Positions 39,564-48,810 of a DNA stretch of 64,000 nucleotides are shown in pieces. Position numbers and translations under genes: made by a program. Within the stretch, counting starts at the first letter, position 1. Each line of letters opens with the position of its first letter. Where the stretch lies: positions 187,594-251,593 of the forward strand of contig CAVPDB010000006.1 of NCBI GenBank assembly GCA_963702545.1, in the 5' to 3' direction. Source of the DNA: an uncultured Acidobacteriota bacterium. Its GTDB lineage: Bacteria; Acidobacteriota; Polarisedimenticolia; J045. The notes below the pieces were generated by a model. The model saw nothing but the letters and a program-made list of their open reading frames with translations. It had not been told where the DNA came from and ran no database searches.

Positions 39564-42500
39564 ATGCTCCGGATCGCCCGGCCCGTCCTGCTCCCGCTGC
39601 TGCTCTGCGCCGCCTTCCTTCCCGCGTCCGCCGGCGGCGACGCCGATTCGGCGGATCTCCCGCCCAACCTCCACTGGTGGGTCGTCCAGCAGACCGAGAA
39701 CGGCCAGCGGGCCGACTTCTTCATCGTGCTCAAGCACCAGGCCGACCTGTCGGCGGCCCGTGCTTTGGCCGACAAGAAGGACAAGGGCCGCTTCGTCTTC
39801 TCCGCCCTGACCCAGGCCGCGGACGCGGCGCAGGGCCCGGTGCGCACCTGGCTCGACACGCGCGGGGTGCGGTACCGGCCGTACTGGATCGTCAACGCGA
39901 TCCTGGTCCAGGGTGGCGACCGCGCCCTCGCGATCGAGGCCGCCCGCCGGCCGGAGGTGGACCGCGTCGAAGGGAACCCCGCGATCCGGAACGTCCTGCC
40001 CCGGCCGGGCGCGATCGACGAGCAGGCGGGGCCCGCGCCCTCGGCCGCGCCGGGATCGCCGGCCGCCGGTGGCGAGCCCGACGCCGTCGAGTGGAACATC
40101 AGCAAGGTGCAGGCCCCCGCGGTCTGGAACCTGGGCTTCCGCGGCGAGGGGATCGTCGTCGCCGGCCAGGACACCGGGATCCGCTGGACCCACAACACCC
40201 TGAAGAGCAAGTACCGCGGCTGGAACGGCTCGGCCGCCGATCACAACTACAACTGGCACGACGCGATCCACGAGACCGGCAGCAGCTGCGGCGCCGACTC
40301 CCCGGTCCCCTGCGACGACCACGGCCACGGCACGCACACGATGGGCACGGTCGTCGGCGACGACGGCGGCTCGAACCAGGTCGGGATGGCACCGGGCGCA
40401 AAGTGGATCGGCTGCCGCAACATGAACGCGGGCGCCGGCACCCCCGCGACCTATCTCGAGTGCTTCGAGTTCTTCCTGGCGCCGACGAAGATCGACGGCT
40501 CGGACCCGGACCCGACGAAGGCCCCCGACGTCACCAACAACTCCTGGGGCTGCCCGACCTCGGAAGGCTGCTCGTGGGACACGCTGCAGGCCGCCGTCGA
40601 CAACCAGAAGGCTGCGGGGATCATGACCGTCGTCTCGGCCGGCAACTCCGGCTCGGGCTGCAACACGGTCACCGACCCGCCCGCGCTCTACCTCTCCGCC
40701 TATACCGTCGGCTCCACCACCAGTTCGGATTCGGTGTCGGGTTTCAGCAGCCGCGGCTACGCCACCGGCACCGGTGCGATGAAGCCCGAGATCGTGGCCC
40801 CGGGGTCCGGGGTGCGCTCGGCCTACAATTCGAGCGACTCGGCCTTCACCACGATGGACGGGACGAGCATGGCCGGTCCGCACGTGGCGGGCGCGGTCGC
40901 GCTGCTCTGGTCGGCTCACTCCTGCTTCCTGAACGCGCAGGACGACACGCAGACCGCGCTGAGCGCGGCAGCGCTCGACCTGCCGGGCACGGTGGAGAGT
41001 TGCGGCGGGAACTACACCACCGGTCCGAACAACACCTGGGGCAACGGCCGACTGAACATCCTCTCGGCGGTGAACGCGGGGTGCCTGTGCGCCGTTCCGG
41101 GGGCCCCCGCGATCGACGGGGCCACCGCGCCCGCCGACAGCCGCATGACCGTGAGCTGGGACGCCGGCGTCCCGGCCGGCGATTCGTACCGCATCTACCG
41201 CTCGCTGGGCGCCTGCCCGGGCGGCGCATTCGAGCTGGTCCGCTCCGGCCAGCCCGCCTCGCCCTGGACCGACACCGGCGTCAGCGGCGGGATCACCTAT
41301 TCCTACAAGGTCGCGGCAGTCGACCCGACGGGCGGCTGCGAGTCCGCGCCGTCGGCCTGCGCCGAGGCCACGGCGACGGGCCCGTGCACGCTGGCCCCGT
41401 CGTTCACCGGGCTGGCGTCGGTGACGAACCCGGGCCAGTCGACCTGCGCCCTCTCCCTCGCGTGGCCCGCTGCGACCGCCGCCTGTCCCGGCCCGGTGCG
41501 CTACCGGATTTACCGCTCCACGACCAGCCCCGTGGCGCTCGTGCCGGCCAACGTGATCGCCTCGGGCGTCGATGGGACGAGTTACCTCGACGCCGCGGGC
41601 CTGGCCAGCGGCGGGACCTACTACTACGTCGTGCGGGCCGTCGACCTGTCGAACGGCTCCGAGGATCCGAACTCCGTGGAGCGGGCGGGCGCGCCGTCCG
41701 GGCCGATTTCGACCCAGACCCTGACCGAGACCTTCGAGGGAGTGGGCGGATTCGACCTGCCCGGCTGGAGCGCCGCCGCGCTGAGCGGGGCGGTGAACTG
41801 GGCCTGGTCCGACACCTACGCCGAGTCGCCGACCCACTCATGGCATGCGCGGGACGCCGGCAGCCGCGGGGACAAGGTGCTCACGAGCCCGGCATTCGGG
41901 GTGCAGGCCGGAAGCCGACTCTCCTTCCACCACGGCTTCCGCTTCGAGGGGACGGTGGCGTCGTGCAAGGACGGCGGAACGCTCGAGTACGCGGTCGGCC
42001 CGGCCTTTGCAACCTGGACGGTCGTCCCCGACGCGTGGTTCACCGCTAACGGCTTCAACGGCACGGTGAGCACCTGCTGCAGCAACCCGCTCGCCGGCAA
42101 GCGCGCGTGGTGCGTGTCGAACAGCTCGGCGCAGCCGGTGACGCTCGACCTGGGAGCGCTCGAGGGGAAGACCGTGCGCCTGCGCTGGCACGAGGGCGAG
42201 GACAGCAGCGGGGCCTCGGCCGGGTGGTACGTCGATACCGTCGTCGTGCGCGACGCGGCGGTCGGATCGACCTGCGAGACCGGTCACGCCCCGCCTCCGC
42301 CGGTCGCGGACAGCGTCCGGTTCACGCGCGGCGCGGGGAACCTGCTCAGCGTGACCTACGACGCGGCGAGCTGCAGCGCGCAGAAGGTGGTGGTGCTCTA
42401 CAACGCGCTCGGCACCTGGGACGGCTACCTCGGCTGCGCGCAGGCCGACGGCGGCAACGGCGGCTCGACCGTGGTGGACAGCACGGGCCAGGAGAACGCC

Positions 42501-42635
42501 TGGTACAACCTGCTCTGGACGGCCGAAGAGACGGCGGGTCACCCGGGCTTCTCGTCGAGCGGGCCCCGCGGCTGGACCGTCGGCACGCTCTGCGGGATGA
42601 GCGCAGACGACCACGGCCGGGCGGCATGCCCCTGA
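39564..42635 (+). CDS. Secreted S8 serine protease (bacillopeptidase F-like) with FN3-like domains and a C-terminal CP module
   Basis: Signal peptide, QDTGIRWTH (Asp), HGHGTHTMGT (His), GAKWIGCR, NNSWG, SAGNSG, GTSMAGPHVAG (Ser); YRIYRS...YSYKVAAVD repeats; GWYVDTV beta-sandwich; ends AACP. Confidence 0.93.
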   Translation: MLRIARPVLLPLLLCAAFLPASAGGDADSADLPPNLHWWVVQQTENGQRADFFIVLKHQADLSAARALADKKDKGRFVFSALTQAADAAQGPVRTWLDTRGVRYRPYWIVNAILVQGGDRALAIEAARRPEVDRVEGNPAIRNVLPRPGAIDEQAGPAPSAAPGSPAAGGEPDAVEWNISKVQAPAVWNLGFRGEGIVVAGQDTGIRWTHNTLKSKYRGWNGSAADHNYNWHDAIHETGSSCGADSPVPCDDHGHGTHTMGTVVGDDGGSNQVGMAPGAKWIGCRNMNAGAGTPATYLECFEFFLAPTKIDGSDPDPTKAPDVTNNSWGCPTSEGCSWDTLQAAVDNQKAAGIMTVVSAGNSGSGCNTVTDPPALYLSAYTVGSTTSSDSVSGFSSRGYATGTGAMKPEIVAPGSGVRSAYNSSDSAFTTMDGTSMAGPHVAGAVALLWSAHSCFLNAQDDTQTALSAAALDLPGTVESCGGNYTTGPNNTWGNGRLNILSAVNAGCLCAVPGAPAIDGATAPADSRMTVSWDAGVPAGDSYRIYRSLGACPGGAFELVRSGQPASPWTDTGVSGGITYSYKVAAVDPTGGCESAPSACAEATATGPCTLAPSFTGLASVTNPGQSTCALSLAWPAATAACPGPVRYRIYRSTTSPVALVPANVIASGVDGTSYLDAAGLASGGTYYYVVRAVDLSNGSEDPNSVERAGAPSGPISTQTLTETFEGVGGFDLPGWSAAALSGAVNWAWSDTYAESPTHSWHARDAGSRGDKVLTSPAFGVQAGSRLSFHHGFRFEGTVASCKDGGTLEYAVGPAFATWTVVPDAWFTANGFNGTVSTCCSNPLAGKRAWCVSNSSAQPVTLDLGALEGKTVRLRWHEGEDSSGASAGWYVDTVVVRDAAVGSTCETGHAPPPPVADSVRFTRGAGNLLSVTYDAASCSAQKVVVLYNALGTWDGYLGCAQADGGNGGSTVVDSTGQENAWYNLLWTAEETAGHPGFSSSGPRGWTVGTLCGMSADDHGRAACP

Positions 42636-43054
42636 GCGGGGCCGCAGGCCTGTAAACGGGGCGGCGCCCGCCGCGCCGCCCCCCTCCGAACCCGGCCGAA
42701 CACTCCCGGCGCCCGATTCCGTGCGTCCCCGCGGCCGCGCTCCACGGCTGACCCCTCGCGCCGCGGGGCGGAGGGGCGCCTGTCTCGAGGGTGAACACTC
42801 CCTGCCGGATTCGTCGACGACCTTGCGCGGTTCGTCTTTGCGGCAGCAACCACCCCTTCGACGCCGGCGGCGCCGCAGGCGGAAACCTCCACCAGAGAAC
42901 AGCAACGGCAGCGCGCCGAGGAGGCGACGCGTTGGCCCGCGTCTTGCTCTGAGGGATGTCGTTCCCGCGCAGTCGGGCGCGGCGGACGGCGAGGCCCAGG
43001 AGAGAGGAGAGTCCCGATCCGGGACAGGCGGAGACCCCGCCGGAGGAGAGCTAG

Positions 43055-43258
43055 ATGAGCCGCAAGCTGCAGGTGACCGAGCTCGAGAACCGTGTTGCCC
43101 CGACCGTCTTCACCACCATCGGCCAGCTGCTGTCGATGCTGCCGGCGGACTCCACCCTGCCGGCGAACATGAAGGCCATCGGCAACCTGTCGCCCGACCA
43201 GCGGATCGCGGTGTCGGATTCGCTCTGGGCGGCACTGCAGAGGGGCGCGCGTCGGTAA
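43055..43258 (+). CDS. Small protein (67 aa) with LEPR-XLL-like N-terminal motif
   Basis: Strong RBS GGAGGAG, GC3-biased codons, MSRKLQVTELENRVAP..., followed by an intrinsic terminator. Confidence 0.75.
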   Translation: MSRKLQVTELENRVAPTVFTTIGQLLSMLPADSTLPANMKAIGNLSPDQRIAVSDSLWAALQRGARR

Positions 43259-43282
43259 CCGGTCCACACCGCGAACGATGCG

Positions 43283-43313
43283 AGGCGCGGCCGCAGGCCG
43301 CGCCTTTTTTTTT
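43283..43313 (+). terminator. Rho-independent terminator
   Basis: AGGCGCGGCC-GCA-GGCCGCGCCT followed by a T-tract, about 25 nt after the stop at 43258. Confidence 0.9.
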
Positions 43314-43373
43314 GCGCCGGCGCGCGCCCCCGCCTCCGGGCTGGCTTGGCGCGGGCGGCGCCGCCCCGGCCGG

Positions 43374-44258
43374 CTACTTCGCCCCGCCGGCGGCCCCCTG
43401 GCCGAGCCCCTTGTTGACCAGCACCCGGACCTCCACCCGGCGATTCTGGGCGCGCCCCTCGGCGGTGCTTTCGTCCGCGACGGCCTTCGTGGAGCCGTAG
43501 CCCATCGGCGTGACGATCCGCCGCAGCGGAATGTCGTGCTTCACCGCCAGGTACTGGACGACAGCGTTGGCGCGGCGCTGGCTCAGCTCGAGGTTCTTGT
43601 CGAAGTCGCCCGTCGAGTCGGTGAATCCCTGGACCTCGACCGTGTAGTTCCTGGCGCCGGGCGCGCTCGCGGCGGCCTCGTCAAGCGACGCCTTGGCCTC
43701 CGGCGACAGGTCGGTCTTGTTGACTGCGAAGTGCACGGTCACGGTCTTCACCACGTCGTAGTCGTCGAGGGCCGCGATCCGCTGGTCGGTCGACGCAATG
43801 TCCCGCAGCGCCTGGTCGGCCTTGTCCGCGACCGGATCGGTCATCGTGTAGGCCGTGACTGCCGCCTTGTAGTCCGACTTCTTGAACCGGATGCCCCGGA
43901 CCACCAGCCGGCCCTCGGCATCGCCGGTGCCCTTGGCCGTGACGATCAGGCCCGGGACGAGCGCGGTGACGTCGAACTTCTCGCCGGGCTTGTCGCCCGA
44001 GGACTTCGTCTTGATCGTCGTGGTCTCGGTCAGGAGAACGACGGTGTCGGTTCGGGTGGAATCGCGCAGCACGAGCGTCTCGCCGTCACGGCTGACGATC
44101 ACCCCTTTCATTTCGACGTCCTCGCCGGCCGGCACGGCCCGCGTCTGGGCCGGCGCGGAGGCACCGAAGACGGGGCTCGATACCGGCATCCCCGCGGCCA
44201 GGACGCACCCGAGGACGGCCATGCGCCAGATCTCAGTTCTCACGAATCGCTTTCTCAT
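43374..44258 (-). CDS. OmpA-family peptidoglycan-binding protein with N-terminal beta (DUF5666-like) domain
   Basis: Signal peptide; VHFAVNKTDLS, VEVQGFTDSTG...NLELSQRRANAVVQYL, MGYGSTKAVA...GRAQNRRVEV. Confidence 0.92.
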   Translation of the reverse strand: MRKRFVRTEIWRMAVLGCVLAAGMPVSSPVFGASAPAQTRAVPAGEDVEMKGVIVSRDGETLVLRDSTRTDTVVLLTETTTIKTKSSGDKPGEKFDVTALVPGLIVTAKGTGDAEGRLVVRGIRFKKSDYKAAVTAYTMTDPVADKADQALRDIASTDQRIAALDDYDVVKTVTVHFAVNKTDLSPEAKASLDEAAASAPGARNYTVEVQGFTDSTGDFDKNLELSQRRANAVVQYLAVKHDIPLRRIVTPMGYGSTKAVADESTAEGRAQNRRVEVRVLVNKGLGQGAAGGAK

Positions 44259-44510
44259 CTTCCGGCTCCCTGATCGCTGTTCGATCGGTGTCTGCGCGGC
44301 AGAGCGCCCTACGCTGGTGCCGCCGCGGGGCCGTCCACTACGCTCTTACCGTCCGCGCCCGGGGATGGCGCCCGGGCCGGGCCTGGCCGCCGGAGTATCG
44401 CCTCAGGCCCAGGACGAGTCTAGGCGACCCTGACCTCGAGCCAAGGCGATGCACGTGATCGACTGGGCGAGCTCAGTCGGGAGGCCGGATTCCCGTGACA
44501 GCCACTCAGG

Positions 44511-44966
44511 TCAGCGCTGCTGACCCTCCGGCCACTGCACGAAGGCGCCGTTGCTGAGGAAGATGTCGGCCGCGAAGGTCTGCGTCGGGCCGCCCGTGCC
44601 CACGAGCCCGTCGTCGGCACCGCCCTTCGCGTAGGACTGCACGGTGTACTCGGTGCCATCGGCGCAGTCGTACTGCATGACGCCGGCCCAGCCGTCCTTC
44701 GTCGGGGCCTTCTTGATGTAGACCGGCTCGATGCTCAGGCCGGCGGCGCTGCCGTCGACGGGACCGGAGTAGACGGGATAGAAGTTGAAATCGACCGAGT
44801 AGCTCTCCACCGCCGTCCCGATCGAGCGCATGTCCGCCATCGTCCGCTTCTGCTTGCCGCGGTCGATCGCGTTGAGCAGGTTGGGGATCGCGATGGCGGC
44901 GATGATGCCGATGATGGCGACGACGATCAGGAGCTCGATCAGGGTGAAACCGCGGCCGTTCCTCAT
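44511..44966 (-). CDS. Type IV pilin / GspG-like protein with prepilin cleavage-methylation site
   Basis: MRNGRG/FTLIELLIVVAIIGIIAAIAIPNLL; KDGW...Y and SYAKGG GspG-like segments; RBS GGAGG. Confidence 0.9.
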   Translation of the reverse strand: MRNGRGFTLIELLIVVAIIGIIAAIAIPNLLNAIDRGKQKRTMADMRSIGTAVESYSVDFNFYPVYSGPVDGSAAGLSIEPVYIKKAPTKDGWAGVMQYDCADGTEYTVQSYAKGGADDGLVGTGGPTQTFAADIFLSNGAFVQWPEGQQR

Positions 44967-45120
44967 GACAGTCACCTCCGTGGGGCCCCCGACCTGCTCG
45001 GTACGACACCGCCCTAAGGGTACTCCCATCCCGCTGGCGCCGCACCAGTAACAGGGATGCCGACCTGGGATGTTCGAACGCCGGCCCGCGATCCCCGGCG
45101 CCGGGCCCCACCCCGGTCGT

Positions 45121-47671
45121 TCAGGGCTTCCCGGCGCTCCTCGATGTGATTTCCGCGAGCAGCACCTGGTAGCGGGGATCACCGCGCAGCGGCTTGAGGT
45201 CGTCCAGCGCGCCGAGCTGTGCGATGTAGCCGAAGCCGCTGTCGAGCGACTTGCGCAGGCAGTCGAACGCGAGGTCCTGCTTCCCCGCCATCGTCGCGCC
45301 CATCGCATAGCCCAGCCAGGCGTCCGATACCGCGTTCTGGCGCTGGGTCGTCCCGGCGATGCGAATCGCCTCGCGGTAGTACGGATCGGCTTCGGCGTGC
45401 CGTCCGGCGTAACTGAGCGTGAAGGCGAGGTTCAGCGTCGAGGCGCCGACGCTCGGCGCATCGGGCCCCAGCTGCTTGCGTCGGAGTTCCAGGGCCTGCT
45501 CCTGGATCGAGGCCGCCTCCGTGGTCTGCCCCGCCGTGCCGAGCGCGACCGCCAGCACGTCGAGCGCTTCGAGGACATCCGGGCTCTCCGGCGGGTTCAG
45601 GCGCTGCTGCGCCGCGAGCAGCTCGCGGCTCATCCTCACCGCCTCGTCGAAGCGTCCCTGCTGGCGCACGTCGTCGATGATCGAGGCGAAGGCGACCCAC
45701 GTATTGCGGTGGTCCGGCCCGTTGACGCGCACCGACGCCGCGTGGACCTCGCGGTTGATCTGCTCGGCCTCCGCGGGGCGCCCCAGCCGGCCGAGGGCGC
45801 GCGCCAGGTTGCTCATCGTCAGGAGCGTCCCCGGGTGATCGGGCCCCAGCACCCGCCGCTCGATCTCCAGCGATTCGCGCTCGCAGGCCTCGGCGTCGGC
45901 GTAGCGCGCCTGGTCGTACAGCGTCGCGCCGAGGCTCCGCCGCGCGTGCAGCGTCTCCGGGTGATCCGCCCCCCGCGCCGCGGTGCCCGCGCTGATCGCC
46001 TCCCGCAGCAGTCTCTCGGCATCGGCAGGCTTTCCTTGCCTCGAGAGCACCTGGGCCAGGTCGTCCATCGTCACCAGCGCCGAGGAGTCATGGGGGCCGA
46101 AGAGCGCCTGCTGCCGGGCCAGCGTCGCCGCCAGCAGCTCCTGGGCCTCATCGAGCCGGCCGATCCCGGACAACGCGAACGCGCGCCGGGCGGTCGTCTC
46201 CAGCGTCTCCTTCGCGTCGGGGCCGAGTGCGCGCGCCTGCATCTCGGCCGCCGGCGCCAGCAGCTCCTCGGCCCGCTCGTACAGGCCGAGCCCCGTGTAG
46301 GTCCTGCCCATCGTCGCCATCAACCGCGCCCGGACGACCGGGTCGAGATCCGGCGTCGCGGCGATCTCGCGCGCGGCGCGGTCGAGCACCTCGCGCGCCG
46401 AGACGCTCCTGCCGCGCGCTTCGCTGGGGTGGACGACGCTGAAGATGCTGGTCATGAAGTCCGCGATCCGGTCGGCCCGGTCGCGCTCGCGCGTGATGCG
46501 TCGCAGCTGCACCGCCTGCGCGATCGCGAACCCGACGAGCAGCATCAGCACCAAAGCCCCGGCGGCGATGCCGAAGCGGTGCCGCCGCACGTGCTTGCGC
46601 ACCAGGTAAAGCGTGCTTGCCGGACGCGCCTCGACCGGCAGGTCGTTCAGGTAGCGGTGCAGGTCGGCGGCCAGCTCGAGCGGCGTGGCGTAGCGCCGGT
46701 CCCGTTCGCGGGCGAGCGCCTTGCGCGTGATGCTGTCCAGGTCGCCGCGCAGCATCCCGGTCAGCTGCTTCAGGTCCACGCCGCGACGCTCGGCCGTCGA
46801 TTCCGGCGGTGCCGGTGTCCTTCGACATCGCGGTGACCAGCGGGGGCGGATCGTCCTCGCGCAGCCGCCGCAGCACCTCGTCGAGCGGCGCACGGTGCAC
46901 TTCGAATGGCCGCGCCCCGGTGAGCAGCTCGAACAGGATCACGCCCAGCGCGTAGACGTCGGTCCTCGTGTCGATATCGGCGATGCGCGGATCGGCCTGC
47001 TCGGGGCTCATGTACCCCAGCGTGCCGATCACGCTCCCGGCGCTCGTCGCCTGGGTCGCCTCGCGCCCCATGGGGTCGATCGCCTTGGCGATGCCGAAGT
47101 CGATGATCCGCGGCGCCGGCCTCCCGTCGATCTCGGTCACCAGCACGTTGGAGGGTTTCAGGTCGCGGTGGATGATCGCCTTGAGGTGCGCGTGCTGCAC
47201 CCCCTCGCAGACCTGCATGAACAGGGCGAGCCGCGCCGGCAGCGGGAGCTGCCTGGCGTCGCAGTACTCGGTGATCGGCTGGCCGTCGACGTACTCCATG
47301 ACGAAGTACGGCTGCCCGTCAGGCGTCGAGCCGGCGTCGAAGACCTTGGCGATCGTCGGGTGTTCCATGATCGCCAGGGCCTGCCGCTCGGCCTCGAAGC
47401 GGCTGAGCAGGGCCGCGTCGAAGCGGCCCGCGCGCACCAGCTTGAGGGCGACCCGGCGCGTGACCGGCTCGGTCTGCTCGGCGAGCCAGACCTGACCCAT
47501 CCCGCCCTCGCCGATCTGCCGGATCAGCCGGTACGGGCCGATCGCCGGCCCCGGCCCGGCCGGGATGCCCCTCCGGCCGGACCCGGTGGGCACCGAGGAG
47601 CCCTGGTCCCCGGGCAGGTGCGTCGAGGTCTGCTCGGGATCGTCGTGCGGGGGCCCGTTCGGGTTCGACAT
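45121..47671 (-). CDS. Ser/Thr protein kinase with TM helix and TPR repeats (frameshift near 46815)
   Basis: IGEGGMGQVW, VALK, IHRDLKPSN, IIDFGIAK, GTLGYMSPEQ; then LRGDLDSITRKAL...RRY, a TM helix and LGPDHP.TL-type TPR repeats in the second frame. Confidence 0.92.
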
Positions 47672-47791
47672 CGGCCGGGATTATGGCACGCACCCCGACC
47701 CGCCCTGACCCGCCAGGGTCCAGGGGCAGGAGAGCACCCGCAGTAGGAGGAGTGCGCGGCCGTGATCAGAACGCGGGCGAAGGCACTGGCG

Positions 47792-48667
47792 TCAGAACAC
47801 GCACGACATGTGCGCGCCGAAACCGCTCTGGTTGAGCCCGATGTTCCAGTTGGTGTTACCCGACACTTCGGCCCGGACGTGGTTCCCGAAGATGCTGACG
47901 CCGGCGCCGATGTTCTTCGTGAAGTAGTAGTCCAGCTTGGCCTGGCTGGAGATGATGCTGCCAAAGATGTCGCCCACGTCGATGCGGAAGAAACTCGCGT
48001 CGGCCATCAGGATCAGGTTCGGCGTGAAGGCGTGATTGATGAACAGGCCGACCACCGGGACCGGGGCGGTGATGTCCTCTCCTTCTTGGGCTTGCCTGCG
48101 GAAGGTCGACTCGCCCCCCTCGGTCACGGTCCCCTCGCCGGCGATCGAAGCGCTGATCCTGTAGGTGCTGAGGCCGAACGAGAAGCCGGCCTCGGTCTTC
48201 CCGTTGTTGATCGCCGACCACCGGTAGTCGAGCTGCAGGAAGTCGAGATCCACTTCGGTGTCGATCTTCGCGTCGACATCAAAGACGGTGTCGCCGACCG
48301 TGAGCGTCCGGTCGAGCTTGTTGCTGCCGTCGCGGCTGAACGAGGTGTAGCCGAAATCGAGCGAACTGGCGCTCCCGAAGCGCCAGGACCCGCGGAGGTT
48401 CCATGTCGTCGTGTCCGACGAGAGGTCCAGGTCGTCCTCGAGGTTGATGGCGGCCCCGAAGACCCTGCCTTTGCTGAGCTGGAAGGACGAGTTGAAGTTG
48501 GCCCAGAGCCCGCCGAGTTCGAAGTACCAGGTATCGGACAGGACGCGCGCGGGCCGGGGGCCGGCGGGCTCTTCGGCGGCGGCCGCCGGCAGCGCCAGCA
48601 AGGCGAAGAGAGCGGCCGAGGCAGCGGCCGCGACCGCAGTGCGGCGCAAGGGCAGCGGGATCGTCAT
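47792..48667 (-). CDS. Outer-membrane beta-barrel protein
   Basis: Signal peptide, alternating amphipathic beta pattern (INLEDDLDL, LDYRWS, PVPVVGL, KLDYYFTKNIGAGV) and a terminal Phe. Confidence 0.72.
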   Translation of the reverse strand: MTIPLPLRRTAVAAAASAALFALLALPAAAAEEPAGPRPARVLSDTWYFELGGLWANFNSSFQLSKGRVFGAAINLEDDLDLSSDTTTWNLRGSWRFGSASSLDFGYTSFSRDGSNKLDRTLTVGDTVFDVDAKIDTEVDLDFLQLDYRWSAINNGKTEAGFSFGLSTYRISASIAGEGTVTEGGESTFRRQAQEGEDITAPVPVVGLFINHAFTPNLILMADASFFRIDVGDIFGSIISSQAKLDYYFTKNIGAGVSIFGNHVRAEVSGNTNWNIGLNQSGFGAHMSCVF

Positions 48668-48810
48668 GAGCTCTCCTGTGTGGCGGGCCGGCGGAGCGTC
48701 CCGTGTCTCAGTACGGGCTTAGGTTAGCACCCGCTGGCTGTCGTTGGGCTGACGCGGGGCCGTCGCCGGGACTAGTAGGGGTCGCCGCCCCCCCCCATAC
48801 TTCCCTCCAG

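Noticed and set aside
42995-43050. Glycine or c-di-GMP riboswitch upstream of the small peptide
   Set aside because: GGAGAG...CGCCGGAGG resembles the glycine aptamer start, but the CUCUCAGG core is missing, and the c-di-GMP-I GGCAAA/GAAA/GCAAAG pattern is absent.
45047-45062. Sigma-54 promoter for the pilin gene (CGGCATCCCTGTTACT, minus strand)
   Set aside because: The spacing fits but the -12 element reads AC instead of the nearly invariant GC; too weak to call.
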